Positions 16,501 through 33,069 of a stretch of DNA of 64,000 nucleotides are shown here, one piece after another. The DNA comes from Eledone cirrhosa. Lineage: Eukaryota. The stretch covers positions 7,378,001 through 7,442,000 of the forward strand of contig OZ024745.1 in NCBI GenBank assembly GCA_964016885.1, given 5' to 3'. A program made the translations under genes and the position numbers. Numbering within the stretch: the stretch's first letter is position 1; every line of letters begins with the position of its first letter. The notes under the pieces are model-generated. The model saw only the letters and a list, made by a program, of their open reading frames with translations. It searched no databases and had not been told where the DNA came from.

Positions 16501-19500
16501 CACTACCACACTATTGTAGACAATACCTCACTACTGTAGACACTACCACACTACTGTAGACACTACCACACTACTGTAGACACTACCACACTATTGTAGA
16601 CACTACCTCACTACTGTAGACACTACCTCACTACTGTAGACACTACCACACTATTGTAGACACTACCTCACTATTGTATTCACTACCACACTACTGTAGA
16701 CACTACCTCACTACTGTAGACACTACCACACTACTGTAGACACTACCACACTACCTCACTACTGTAGACACTACCTCACTACTGTAGACACTACCACACT
16801 ATTGTAGACACTACCACACTATTGTAGACAATACCTCACTACTGCAGACACTACCACACTACTGTAGACACTACCTCACTACTGTAGACACTACCTCACT
16901 AGTGTAGACACTACCACACTATTGTAGACACTACCTCACTACTGTAGACACTACCACACTACTGTAGACACTACCACACTACTGTAGACACTACCACACT
17001 ACTGTAGACACTACCTCACTACTGTAGACACTACCACACTATTGTAGACACTACCACACTATTGTAGACACTACCACACTATTGTAGACACTACCTCACT
17101 ACTGTAGACACTACCTCACTACTGTAGACACTACCTCACTACTGTAGACACTACCACTCTACTGTAGACACTACCTCACTACTGTAGACACTACCACACT
17201 ATTGTAGACACTACCTCACTACTGTAGACACTACCACACTACTGTAGACACTACCACACTATTGTAGACACTACCTCACTATTGTATTCACTACCACACT
17301 ACTGTAGACACTACCTCACTACTGTAGACACTACCACACTACTGTAGACACTACCACACTATTGTAGACACTACCTCACTACTGTAGACACTACCTCACT
17401 ACTGTAGACACTACCACACTATTGTAGACACTACCTCACTATTGTATTCACTACCACACTACTGTAGACACTACCTCACTACTGTAGACACTACCACACT
17501 ACTGTAGACACTACCACACTATTGTAGACACTACCTCACTACTGTAGACACTACCTCACTACTATAGACACTACCTCACTACTGTAGACACTACCACACT
17601 ACTGTAGACACTACCACACTATTGTAGACACTACCTCACTACTGTAGACACTACCACACTATTGTAGACAATACCTCACTACTGTAGACACTACCACACT
17701 ACTGTAGACACTACCACACTATTGTAGACACTACCTCACTACTGTAGACACTACCTCACTACTGTAGACACTACCACACTATTGTAGACAATACCTCACT
17801 ACTGTAGACACTACCTCACTACTGTAGACACTATCTCACTAATGTAGACACTACCTCACTACTGTAGACACTACCACACTATTGTAGACACTACCACACT
17901 ACTGTAGACACTACCACACTATTGTATACACTACCACACTACTGTAGACACTACCACACTACTATAGACACTACCACACTACTGTAGACACTACCACACT
18001 ACCGTAGACACTACCACACTATTGTAGACACTACCACACTACCTCACTACTGTAGACACTACCTCACTACTGTAGACACTACCACACTATTGTAGACACT
18101 ACCTCACTACTGTAGACACTACCACTCTACTGTAGACGCTACCTCACTACTGTAGACACTACCTCACTATTGTATTCACTACCACACTACTGTAGACACT
18201 ACCACACTACTGTAGACACTACCACACTATTGTAGACACTACCTCACTACTGTAGACACTACCTCACTACTGTAGACACTACCACACTATTGTAGACACT
18301 ACCTCACTATTGTATTCACTACCACACTACTGTAGACACTACCTCACTACTGTAGACACTACCACACTACTGTAGACACTACCACACTACCTCACTACTG
18401 TAGACACTACCTCACTACTGTAGACACTACCACACTATTGTAGACACTACCACACTATTGTAGACAATACCTCACTACTGCAGACACTACCACACTACTG
18501 TAGACACTACCTCACTACTGTAGACACTACCTCACTACTGTAGACACTACCACACTACTGTAGACACTACCACACTACTGTAGACACTACCACACTACTG
18601 TAGACACTACCTCACTACTGTAGACACTACCACACTATTGTAGACACTACCACACTATTGTAGACACTACCACACTATTGTAGACACTACGTCACTACTG
18701 TAGACACTACCTCACTACTGTAGACACTACCTCACGACTGTAGACACTACCACTCTACTGTAGACACTACCTCACTACTGTAGACACTACCACACTATTG
18801 TAGACACTACCTCACTACTGTAGACACTACCTCACTACTGTAGACACTACCACACTATTGTAGACACTACCACACTATTGTAGACACTACCTCACTATTG
18901 TATTCACTACCACACTACTGTAGACACTACCTCACTACTGTAGACACTACCACACTACTGTAGACACTACCACACTATTGTAGACACTACCTCACTACTG
19001 TAGACACTACCTCACTACTGTAGACACTACCACACTATTGTAGACACTACCTCACTATTGTATTCACTACCACACTACTGTAGACACTACCTCACTACTC
19101 TAGACACTACCACACTACTGTAGACACTACCACACTATTGTAGACACTACCTCACTACTGTAGACACTACCTCACTACTATAGACACTACCTCACTACTG
19201 TAGACACTACCACACTACTGTAGACACTACCACACTATTGTAGACACTACCTCACTACTGTAGACACTACCACACTATTGTAGACAATACCTCACTACTG
19301 TAGACACTACCACACTACTGTAGACACTACCACACTATTGTAGACACTACCTCACTACTGTAGACACTACCTCACTACTGTAGACACTACCACACTATTG
19401 TAGACAATACCTCACTACTGTAGACACTACCTCACTACTGTAGACACTATCTCACTAATGTAGACACTACCTCACTACTGTAGACACTACCACACTATTG

Positions 19501-22500
19501 TAGACACTACCACACTACTGTAGACACTACCACACTATTGTATACACTACCACACTACTGTAGACACTACCACACTATTGTAGACACTACCTCACTATTG
19601 TATTCACTACCACACTACTGTAGACACTACCTCACTACTGTAGACACTACCACACTACTGTAGACACTACCTCACTACTGTAGACACCACCTCACTACTG
19701 TAGACACTACCACACTATTGTAGACAATACCTCACTACTGTAGACACTACCACACTACTGTAGACACTACCACACTACTGTAGACACTACCACACTACTG
19801 TAGACACTACCACACTACTGTAGACACTACCACACTATTGTAGACACTACCACACTATTGTAGACACTACCTCACTACTGTAGACACTACCTCACTACTG
19901 TAGACACTACCACACTATTGTAGACAATACCTCACTACTGTAGACACTACCACACTACTGTAGACACTACCACACTACTGTAGACACTACCACACTATTG
20001 TAGACACTACCTCACTACTGTAGACACTACCTCACTACTGTAGACACTACCACACTATTGTAGACACTACCTCACTATTGTATTCACTACCACACTACTG
20101 TAGACACTACCTCACTACTGTAGACACTACCACACTACTGTAGACACTACCACACTACCTCACTACTGTAGACACTACCTCACTACTGTAGACACTACCA
20201 CACTATTGTAGACACTACCACACTATTGTAGACAATACCTCACTACTGCAGACACTACCACACTACTGTAGACACTACCTCACTACTGTAGACACTACCT
20301 CACTAGTGTAGACACTACCACACTATTGTAGACACTACCTCATACTGTAGACACTACCACACTACTGTAGACACTACCACACTACTGTAGACACTACCAC
20401 ACTACTGTAGACACTACCTCACTACTGTAGACACTACCACACTATTGTAGACACTACCACACTATTGTAGACACTACCACACTATTGTAGACACTACCTC
20501 ACTACTGTAGACACTACCTCACTACTGTAGACACTACCTCACTACTGTAGACACTACCACTCTACTGTAGACACTACCTCACTACTGTAGACACTACCAC
20601 ACTATTGTAGACACTACCTCACTACTGTAGACACTACCTCACTACTGTAGACACTACCACACTATTGTAGACACTACCACACTATTGTAGACACTACCTC
20701 ACTATTGTATTCACTACCACACTACTGTAGACACTACCTCACTACTGTAGACACTACCACACTACTGTAGACACTACCACACTATTGTAGACACTACCTC
20801 ACTACTGTAGACACTACCTCACTACTGTAGACACTACCACACTATTGTAGACACTACCTCACTATTGTATTCACTACCACACTACTGTAGACACTACCTC
20901 ACTACTGTAGACACTACCACACTACTGTAGACACTACCACACTATTGTAGACACTACCTCACTACTGTAGACACTACCTCACTACTATAGACACTACCTC
21001 ACTACTGTAGACACTACCACACTACTGTAGACACTACCACACTATTGTAGACACTACCTCACTACTGTAGACACTACCACACTATTGTAGACAATACCTC
21101 ACTACTGTAGACACTACCACACTACTGTAGACACTACCACACTATTGTAGACACTACCTCACTACTGTAGACACTACCTCACTACTGTAGACACTATCTC
21201 ACTAATGTAGACACTACCTCACTACTGTAGACACTACCACACTATTGTAGACACTACCACACTACTGTAGACACTACCACACTATTGTATACACTACCAC
21301 ACTACTGTAGACACTACCACACTACTATAGACACTACCACACTACTGTAGACACTACCACACTACCGTAGACACTACCACACTATTGTAGACACTACCAC
21401 ACTACCTCACTACTGTAGACACTACCTCACTACTGTAGACACTACCACACTATTGTAGACACTACCTCACTACTGTAGACACTACCACTCTACTGTAGAC
21501 GCTACCTCACTACTGTAGACACTACCTCACTATTGTATTCACTACCACACTACTGTAGACACTACCACACTACTGTAGACACTACCACACTATTGTAGAC
21601 ACTACCTCACTACTGTAGACACTACCTCACTACTGTAGACACTACCACACTATTGTAGACAATACCTCACTACTGTAGACACTACCACACTATTGTAGAC
21701 ACTACCACACTATTGTAGACAATACCTCACTACTGTAGACACGACCTCACTACTGTAGACACTACCTCACTACTGTAGACACTACCACACTACTGTAGAC
21801 ACTACCACACTACTGTAGACACTACCTCACTATTGTAGACACTACCACACTACTGTAGACACTACCACACTACTGTAGACACTACCTCACTACTGTCGAC
21901 ACTACCACACTACTGTAGACACTACCTCACTACTGTCGACACTACCACACTACTGTAGACACTACCACACTACTGTAGACACTACCACACTACTGTAGAC
22001 ACTACCTCACTACTGTAGACACTACCACACTACTGTAGACACTACATCACTATTGTAGACACTACCACACTACTGTAGACACTACCTCACTACTGTAGAC
22101 ACTACGACACTACTGTAGACACTACCACACTATTGTAGACACTACCTCACTACTGTAGACACTACCACACTACTGTAGACACTACCACACTACTGTAGAC
22201 ACTACCACACTATTGTAGACAATACCACATTACTGTAGACACTACCACACTATTGTAGACACTACCTCACTATTGTAGACACTACCACACTATCGTAGAC
22301 ACTACCACACTATCGTAGACACTACCTCACTAATGTAGACACTACCACACTATTGTAGACACTACCTCACTATTGTAGACACTACCACACTACTGTAGAC
22401 ACTACCACACTACTGTAGACACTACCACACTACTGTAGACACTACCACACTATTGTAGACACTACCACACTATTGTAGACACTACCTCACTACTGTAGAC

Positions 22501-25000
22501 ACTACCTCACTACTGTAGACACTACCACACTATTGTAGACAATACCTCACTACTGTAGACACTACCACACTACTGTAGACACTACCACACTACTGTAGAC
22601 ACTACCACACTACTGTAGACACTACCTCACTACTGTAGACACTACCTCACTACTGTAGACACTACCACACTATTGTAGACACTACCTCACTATTGTATTC
22701 ACTACCACACTACTGTAGACACTACCTCACTACTGTAGACACTACCACACTACTGTAGACACTACCACACTACCTCACTACTGTAGACACTACCTCACTA
22801 CTGTAGACACTACCACACTATTGTAGACACTACCACACTATTGTAGACAATACCTCACTACTGCAGACACTACCACACTACTGTAGACACTACCTCACTA
22901 CTGTAGACACTACCTCACTAGTGTAGACACTACCACACTATTGTAGACACTACCTCACTACTGTAGACACTACCACACTACTGTAGACACTACCACACTA
23001 CTGTAGACACTACCACACTACTGTAGACACTACCTCACTACTGTAGACACTACCACACTATTGTAGACACTACCACACTATTGTAGACACTACCACACTA
23101 TTGTAGACACTACCTCACTACTGTAGACACTACCTCACTACTGTAGACACTACCACACTACTGTAGACACTACCACTCTACTGTAGACACTACCTCACTA
23201 CTGTAGACACTACCACACTATTGTAGACACTACCTCACTACTGTAGACACTACCACACTATTGTAGACACTACCACACTATTGTAGACACTACCTCACTA
23301 TTGTATTCACTACCACACTACTGTAGACACTACCTCACTACTGTAGACACTACCACACTACTGTAGACACTACCACACTATTGTAGACACTACCTCACTA
23401 CTGTAGACACTACCTCACTACTGTAGACACTACCACACTATTGTAGACACTACCTCACTATTGTATTCACTACCACACTACTGTAGACACTACCTCACTA
23501 CTGTAGACACTACCACACTACTGTAGACACTACCACACTATTGTAGACACTACCTCACTACTGTAGACACTACCTCACTACTATAGACACTACCTCACTA
23601 CTGTAGACACTACCACACTACTGTAGACACTACCACACTATTGTAGACACTACCTCACTACTGTAGACACTACCACACTATTGTAGACAATACCTCACTA
23701 CTGTAGACACTACCACACTACTGTAGACACTACCACACTATTGTAGACACTACCTCACTACTGTAGACACTACCTCACTACTGTAGACACTACCACACTA
23801 TTGTAGACAATACCTCACTACTGTAGACACTACCTCACTACTGTAGACACTATCTCACTAATGTAGACACTACCTCACTACTGTAGACACTACCACACTA
23901 TTGTAGACACTACCACACTACTGTAGACACTACCACACTATTGTATACACTACCACACTACTGTAGACACTACCACACTACTATAGACACTACCACACTA
24001 CTGTAGACACTACCACACTACCGTAGACACTACCACACTATTGTAGACACTACCACACTACCTCACTACTGTAGACACTACCTCACTACTGTAGACACTA
24101 CCACACTATTGTAGACACTACCTCACTACTGTAGACACTACCACTCTACTGTAGACGCTACCTCACTACTGTAGACACTACCTCACTATTGTATTCACTA
24201 CCACACTACTGTAGACACTACCACACTACTGTAGACACTACCACACTATTGTAGACACTACCTCACTACTGTAGACACTACCTCACTACTGTAGACACTA
24301 CCACACTATTGTAGACAATACCTCACTACTGTAGACACTACCACACTATTGTAGACACTACCACACTATTGTAGACAATACCTCACTACTGTAGACACTA
24401 CCTCACTACTGTAGACACTACCTCACTACTGTAGACACTACCACACTACTGTAGACACTACCACACTACTGTAGACACTACCTCACTATTGTAGACACTA
24501 CCACACTACTGTAGACACTACCACACTACTGTAGACACTACCTCACTACTGTCGACACTACCACACTACTGTAGACACTACCTCACTACTGTCGACACTA
24601 CCACACTACTGTAGACACTACCACACTACTGTAGACACTACCACACTACTGTAGACACTACCTCACTACTGTAGACACTACCACACTACTGTAGACACTA
24701 CATCACTATTGTAGACACTACCACACTACTGTAGACACTACCTCACTACTGTAGACACTACGACACTACTGTAGACACTACCACACTATTGTAGACACTA
24801 CCTCACTACTGTAGACACTACCACACTACTGTAGACACTACCACACTACTGTAGACACTACCACACTACTGTAGACACTACCACACTATTGTAGACAATA
24901 CCACATTACTGTAGACACTACCACACTATTGTAGACACTACCTCACTATTGTAGACACTACCACACTATCGTAGACACTACCACACTATCGTAGACACTA
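4600..25000. repeat. Higher-order repeat domain I: ~5.6-6.0 kb units, about 3.5 copies
   Basis: Paired GTCGAC variants start at 4666, 10305, 15876, 21895 and 24551 (spacings 5639, 5571, 6019, 2656). The 'tacgtcac...ctcacgac' markers lie at ~7480, ~13120 and ~18690. A 1-bp deletion monomer 'cctcatactg' lies at ~9130, ~14750 and ~20340. Confidence 0.92.
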
Positions 25001-28000
25001 CCTCACTAATGTAGACACTACCACACTACTGTAGACACTACCACACTATTGTAGACACTACCTCACTATTGTAGACACTACCACACTACTGTAGACACTA
25101 CCTCACTATTGTAGACACTACCACACTATTGTAGACACTGCCACACTACTGTAGACACTACCACACTACTGTAGACACTACCACACTATTGTAGACACTA
25201 CCTCACTATTGTAGACACTACCTCACGACTGTAGACACTACCCCACTACTGTAGACACTACCACACTATTGTAGACACTACCTCACTATTGTAGACACTA
25301 CTTCACGACTGTAGACACTACCCCACTACTGTAGACACTACCACACTATTGTAGACACTACCTCACTACTGTAGACACGACCTCACTACTGTAGACACTA
25401 CCACACTATTGTAGACACTACCACACTATTGTAGACACTACCTTACTATTGTAGACACTACCTCACTACTGTAGACAATACCACACTACTGTAGACACTA
25501 CCACACTATTGTAGACACAAGCTCACTATTGTAGACACTACCACACTTCTAGACACTACCTCACTATTGTAGACACTACCACACTACTGTAGACACTACC
25601 ACACTACTGTAGACACTACCACACTACTGTAGACACTACCACACTACTGTAGACACTACCACACTATTGTATACACTACCACAATACTGTAGACACTACC
25701 ACACTACTATAGACACTACCACACTACTGTAGACACTACCACACTACTGTAGACACTACCACACTATTGTAGACACTACCACACTATTGTAGACACTACC
25801 TCACTATTGTATACACTACCACACTACTGTAGACACTACCTCACTACTGTAGAAACTAGCACACTACCACACTACTGTAGACAATACCACACTATTGTAG
25901 ACACTACCTCACTACTGTAGACACTACCACACTACTGTAGACACTACCTCACTACTGTAGACACTACCTCACTATTGTAGACACTACCTCACTATTGTAT
26001 TCACTACCACACTACTGTAGACACTACCTCACTACTGTAGACACCACCTCACTACTGTAGACACTACCACACTATTGTAGACAATACCTCACTACTGTAG
26101 ACACTACCACACTACTGTAGACACTACCACACTACTGTAGACACTACCACACTACTGTAGACACTACCACACTATTGTAGACACTACCACACTATTGTAG
26201 ACACTACCTCACTACTGTAGACACTACCTCACTACTGTAGACACTACCACACTATTGTAGACAAAACCTCACTACTGTAGACACTACCACACTACTGTAG
26301 ACACTACCACACTATTGTAGACACTACCTCACTACTGTAGACACTACCACACTATTGTAGACACTACCACACTATTGTAGACAATACCTCACTACTGTAG
26401 ACACTACCACACTACTGTAGACACTACCTCACTACTGTAGACACTACCTCACTACTGTAGACACTACCACACTATTGTAGACACTACCTCACTACTGTAG
26501 ACACTACCACACTACTGTAGACACTACCACACTACTGTAGACACTACCACACTACTGTAGACACTACCACACTATTGTAGACACTACCACACTATTGTAG
26601 ACACTACCACACTATTGTAGACACTACCTCACTACTGTAGACACTACCTCACTACTGTAGACACTACCTCACTACTGTAGACACTACCTCACTACTGTAG
26701 ACACTACCACACTATTGTAGACACTACCACACTATTGTAGACACTACCTCACTACTGTAGACACTACCTCACTACTGTAGACACTACCACTCTACTGTAG
26801 ACACTACCTCACTACTGTAGACACTACCACACTATTGTAGACACTACCTCACTATTGTATACACTACCACACTACTGTAGACACTACCCCACTACTGTAG
26901 AAACTAGCACACTACCACACTACTGTAGACAATACCACACTATTGTAGACACTACCTCACTACTGTAGACACTACCTCACTACTGTAGACACTACCACAC
27001 TACTGTAGACACTACCTCACTACTGTAGACACCACCTCACTACTGTAGACACTACCACACTATTGTAGACACTACCTCACTATTGTATTCACTACCACAC
27101 TACTGTAGACACTACCTCACTACTGTAGACACTACCACACTACTGTAGACACTACCACACTATTGTAGACACTACCTCACTACTGTAGACACTACCTCAC
27201 TACTGTAGACACTACCTCACTACTGTAGACACTACCACACTACTGTAGACACTACCACACTACTGTAGACACTACCACACTATTGTAGACATTACCTCAC
27301 TACTGTAGACACTACCTCACTACTGTAGACACTACCACACTATTGTAGACAATACCTCACTACTGTAGACACTACCACACTACTGTAGACACTACCACAC
27401 TACTGTAGACACTACCACACTACTGTAGACACTAACACACTATTGTAGACACTACCTCACTACTGTAGACACTACTTCACTACTGTAGACACTACCACAC
27501 TATTGTAGACAATACCTCACTACTGTAGACACTACCACACTACTGTAGACACTACCACACTACTGTAGACACTACCTCACTACTGTAGACACTACCACAC
27601 TACTGTAGACACTACCACACTACTGTAGACACTACCACACTATTGTAGACACTACCTCACTACTGTAGACACTACCACACTATTGTAGACAATACCTCAC
27701 TACTGTAGACACTACCTCACTACTGTAGACACTACCTCACTACTGTAGACACTACCACACTACTGTAGACACTACCTCACTACTGTAGACACTACCACAC
27801 TATTGTAGACACTACCTCACTATTGTAGACACTACCTCACTATTGTAGACACTACCTCACTACTGTAGACACTACCACACTACTGTAGACACTACCTCAC
27901 TACTGTAGACACTACCTCACTACTGTAGACACTACCACACTATTGTAGACACTACCTCACTATTGTATACACTACCACACTACTGTAGACACTACATCAC

Positions 28001-31000
28001 TACTGTAGACACTACCTCACTACTGTAGAAACTAGCACACTACTGTAGACACTACCACACTACTGTAGACAATACCACACTATTGTAGACACTACCACAC
28101 TACTGTAGACACTACCTCACTAATGTAGACACTACCACACTACTGTAGACACTACCTCACTACTGTAGACACTACCACACTATTGTAGACACTACCTCAC
28201 TATTGTATACACTACCTCACTACTGTAGACACTACCTCACTATTGTAAACACTACCACACTACTGTAGACACTACCTCACTACTGTAGACACTACCACAC
28301 TACCTCACTATTGTAAACACTACCACACTACTGTAGACACTACCACACTACTGCAGACACTACCACACTACTGTAGACACTACCACACTACTGTAGACAC
28401 TACCTCACTATTGTAGACACTACCACACTATTGTAGACACTACCACACTATTGTAGACACTACCTCACTACTGTAGACACTACCTCACTACTGTAGACAC
28501 TACCACACTATTGTTGACACTACCACACTATTGTAGACACTATCTCACTACTGTAGACACTACCTCACTACTGTAGACACTACCTCACTATTGTAGACAC
28601 TACCTCACTATTGTAGACACTACCACACTACTGTAGACACTACCTCACTAATGTAGACACTACCACACTATTGTAGACACTACCACACTACTGTAGACAC
28701 TACCTCACTATTGTAGACACTACCACACTACTGTAGACACTACCTCACTACTGTAGACACTACCTCACTATTGTAGACACTACCTCACTCCCGTAGACAC
28801 TACCACACTATTGTAGACACTACCACACTATTTTAGACACTATCTCACTACTGTAGACACTACCTCACTACTGTAGACACTACCTCACTATTGTAGACAC
28901 TACCACACTACTGTAGACACTACCTCACTACTGTCGACACTACCTCACTACTGTAGACACTACCACACTACTGTAGACACTACCACACTACTGTAGACAC
29001 TACCTCACTATTGTAGACACTACCACACTACTGTAGACACTACCTCACTACTGTAGACACTACCACACTACTGTAGACACTACCACACTATTGTAGACAC
29101 TACCTCACTACTGTAGACACTACCTCACTATTGTAGACACTACCACACTACTGTAGACACTACCTCACTACTGTAGACACTACCACACTACTGTAGACAC
29201 TACCACACTACTGTAGACACTACCACACTATTGTAGACACTACCACATTACTGTAGACACTACCACACTACTGTAGACACTACCTCACTAATGTAGGCAC
29301 TACCACACTATTGTAGACACTACCACACTACTGTAGACACTACCTCACTATTGTAGACACTACCACACTACTGTAGACACTACCTCACTACTGTAGACAC
29401 TACCTCACTATTGTAGACACTACCTCACTATTGTAGACACTACCTCACTACTGTAGACACTACCTCACTATTGTAGACACTACCACACTACTGTAGACAC
29501 TACCACACTACTGTAGACACTACCTCACTATTGTAGACACTACCACACTACTGTAGACACTACCTCACTACTGTAGACACTACCACACTACTGTAGAGAC
29601 TACCACACTATTGTAGACACTACCACACTACTGCAGACACTACCACACTACTGTAGTCACTACCTCACTACTGTAGACACTACCTCACTACTGTAGACAC
29701 TACCACACTACTGTAGACACTACCTCACTACTGTAGACACTACCGCACTACTGTAGACACTACCTCACTATTGTAGACACTACCTCACTACTGTAGACAC
29801 TACCTCACTACTGTAGACAATACCTCACTACTGTAGACACTACCTCACTACTGTAGACAATACCTCACTACTGTAGACACTACCTCACTACTGTAGACAC
29901 TACCACACTACTGTAGACACCACCACACTATTGTAGACACTATCTCACTACTGTAGACACTACATCACTACTGTAGACACTACCTCACTATTGTAGACAC
30001 TACCTCACTATTGTAGACACTACCTCACTATTGTAGACACTACCACATTACTGTAGACACTACCACACTATTGTAGACACTACCACACTACTGTAGACAC
30101 TACCACACTACTGTAGACACTACCTCACTACTGTAGACACTACATCACTACTGTATACACTACCTCACTATTGTAGACACTACCTCACTATTGTAGACAC
30201 TACCACACTACTGTAGACACTACCTCACTATTGTAGACACTACCTCACTACTGTAGACACTACCTCACTACTGTAGACACTACCACACTACTGTAGACAC
30301 CACCACACTATTGTAGACACTATCTCACTACTGTAGACACTACCTCACTACTGTAGACACTGCCTCACTACTGTAGACACTACAACACTATTGTAGACAC
30401 TACCACACCACTGTAGACAATACCTCACTACTGTAGACACTACCACACTACTGTAGACACTACCTCACTACTGTAGACACTACCACACTACTGTAGACAC
30501 TACCACACTATTGTAGACACTACCACACTACTGTAGACACTACCACACTACTGTAGACACTACCTCACTACTGTAGACACTACCTCACTACCACACTACC
30601 ACACTATTGTAGACACTACCACACTATTGTAGACACTACCACATTACTGTAGACACTACCACACTATTGTAGACACTACCACACTACTGTAGACACTACC
30701 TCACTACTGTAGACACTACCTCACTACCACACTACCACACTATTGTAGACACTACCACACTATTGTAGACACTACCTCACTATTGTAGACACTACCACAC
30801 TATTGTAGACACTACCTCACTATTGTAGAGACTACCTCACTATTGTAGACACTACCACACTATTGTAGACACTACCTCACTATTGTAGACACTACCTCAC
30901 TATTGTAGACACTACCACACTACCACATTACTGTAGACACTACCACATTACTGTAGACACTACCTCACTATTGTAGACACTACCACACTACTGTAGACAC

Positions 31001-33069
31001 TGCCTCACTATTGTAGACACTACCACACTACTGTAGACACTTCCACACTATTGTAGACACTACCTCACTACTGTAGACACTACCTCACTACTGTAGACAC
31101 TACCACACTACTGTAGACACTACCTCACTATTGTAGACACTACCACACTATTGTAGACACTACCGCACTACTGTAGACACTACCTCACTACTGTAGACAC
31201 TACCACACTACTGTAGACACTACCTCACTATTGTAGACACTACCTCACTATTGTAGACACTACCTCACTATTGTAGACACTACCTCACTATTGTAGACAC
31301 TACCTCACTATTGTAGACAGTACCACAATACTGTAGACACTACCACACTATTGTAGACACTACCTCACTATTGTAGACACTACCCCACTACTGTTGACAC
31401 TACCTCACTACTGTAGACACTACCTCACTACTGTAGACACTACCTCACTACTGTAGACACTACCACACTACTGTAGACACTACCACACTATTGTAGACAC
31501 TACCACACTATTGTAGAAACTACCTCACTATTGTAGACACTACCTCACTATTGTAGACACTACCACACTACTGTAGACACTACCACACTACTGTAGACAC
31601 TACCACACTACTGTAGACACTACCACACTACTGTAGACACTACCTCACTACTGTAGACACTACCACACTATTGTAGTCACTACCACACTATTGTAGACAC
31701 TACCCCACTACTGTAGACACTACCACACTATTGTAGACACTACCTCACTACTGTAGACACTACCTCACTACTGTAGACACTACCACACTATTGTAGACAC
31801 TACCTCACTACTGTAGACACTACCTTACTATTGTAGACACTACCTCACTACTGTAGACAATACCACACTATTGTAGACACTACCACACTACTGTAGACAC
31901 TACCACACTACTGTAGACACTACCACACTACTGTAGACACTACCTCACTATTGTAAACACTACCACACTACTGTAGACACTACCTCACTACTGTAGACAC
32001 TACCTCACTACTGTAGACACTACCTCACTATTGTAAACACTACCACACTAGTGTAGACACTACCACACTACCTCACTATTGTAAACACTACCACACTACT
32101 GTAGACACTACCACACTACTGTAGACACTACCACACTACTGTAGACACTACCTCACTATTGTAGACACTACCACACTATTGTAGACACTACCACACTATT
32201 GTAGACACTACCACACTATTGTAGACACTACCTCACTACTGTAGACACTACCTCACTACTGTAGACTACCTCACTCCCGTAGACACTACCACACTATTGT
32301 AGACACTACCACACTATTGTAGACACTATCTCACTACTGTAGACACTACCTCACTACTGTAGACACTACCTCACAATTGTAGACACTACCACACTACTGT
32401 AGACACTACCTCACTACTGTAGACACTACGACACTATTGTAGACACTACCACACTACTGTAGACACTACCTCACTATTGTAGACACTACCACACTACTGT
32501 AGACACTACCTCACTACTGTAGACACTACCTCACTATTGTAGACACTACCACACTACTGTAGACACTACCTCACTATTGTAGACTACCTCACTCCCGTAG
32601 ACACTACCACACTATTGTAGACACTACCACACTATTGTAGACACTATCTCACTACTGTAGACACTACCTCACTATTGTAGACACTACCTCACTACTGTAG
32701 ACTACCTCACTCCCGTAGACACTACCACACTATTGTAGACACTACCACACTATTGTAGACACTACCTCACTACTGTAGACACCACCTCACTACTGTAGAC
32801 ACTACCTCACTATTGTAGACACTACCACACTATTGTAGACACTACCTCACTACTGTAGACACTACCTCACTACTGTAGACACTACCACACTACTGTAGAC
32901 ACTACCACACTATTGTAGACACTACCTCACTACTGTAGACACTACCACACTACTGTAGACACTACCACACTACTGTAGACACTACCACACTATTGTAGAC
33001 ACTACCTCACTATTGTAGACACTACCTCACTACTGTAGACACTACCACACTACTGTAGACACTACCTCA

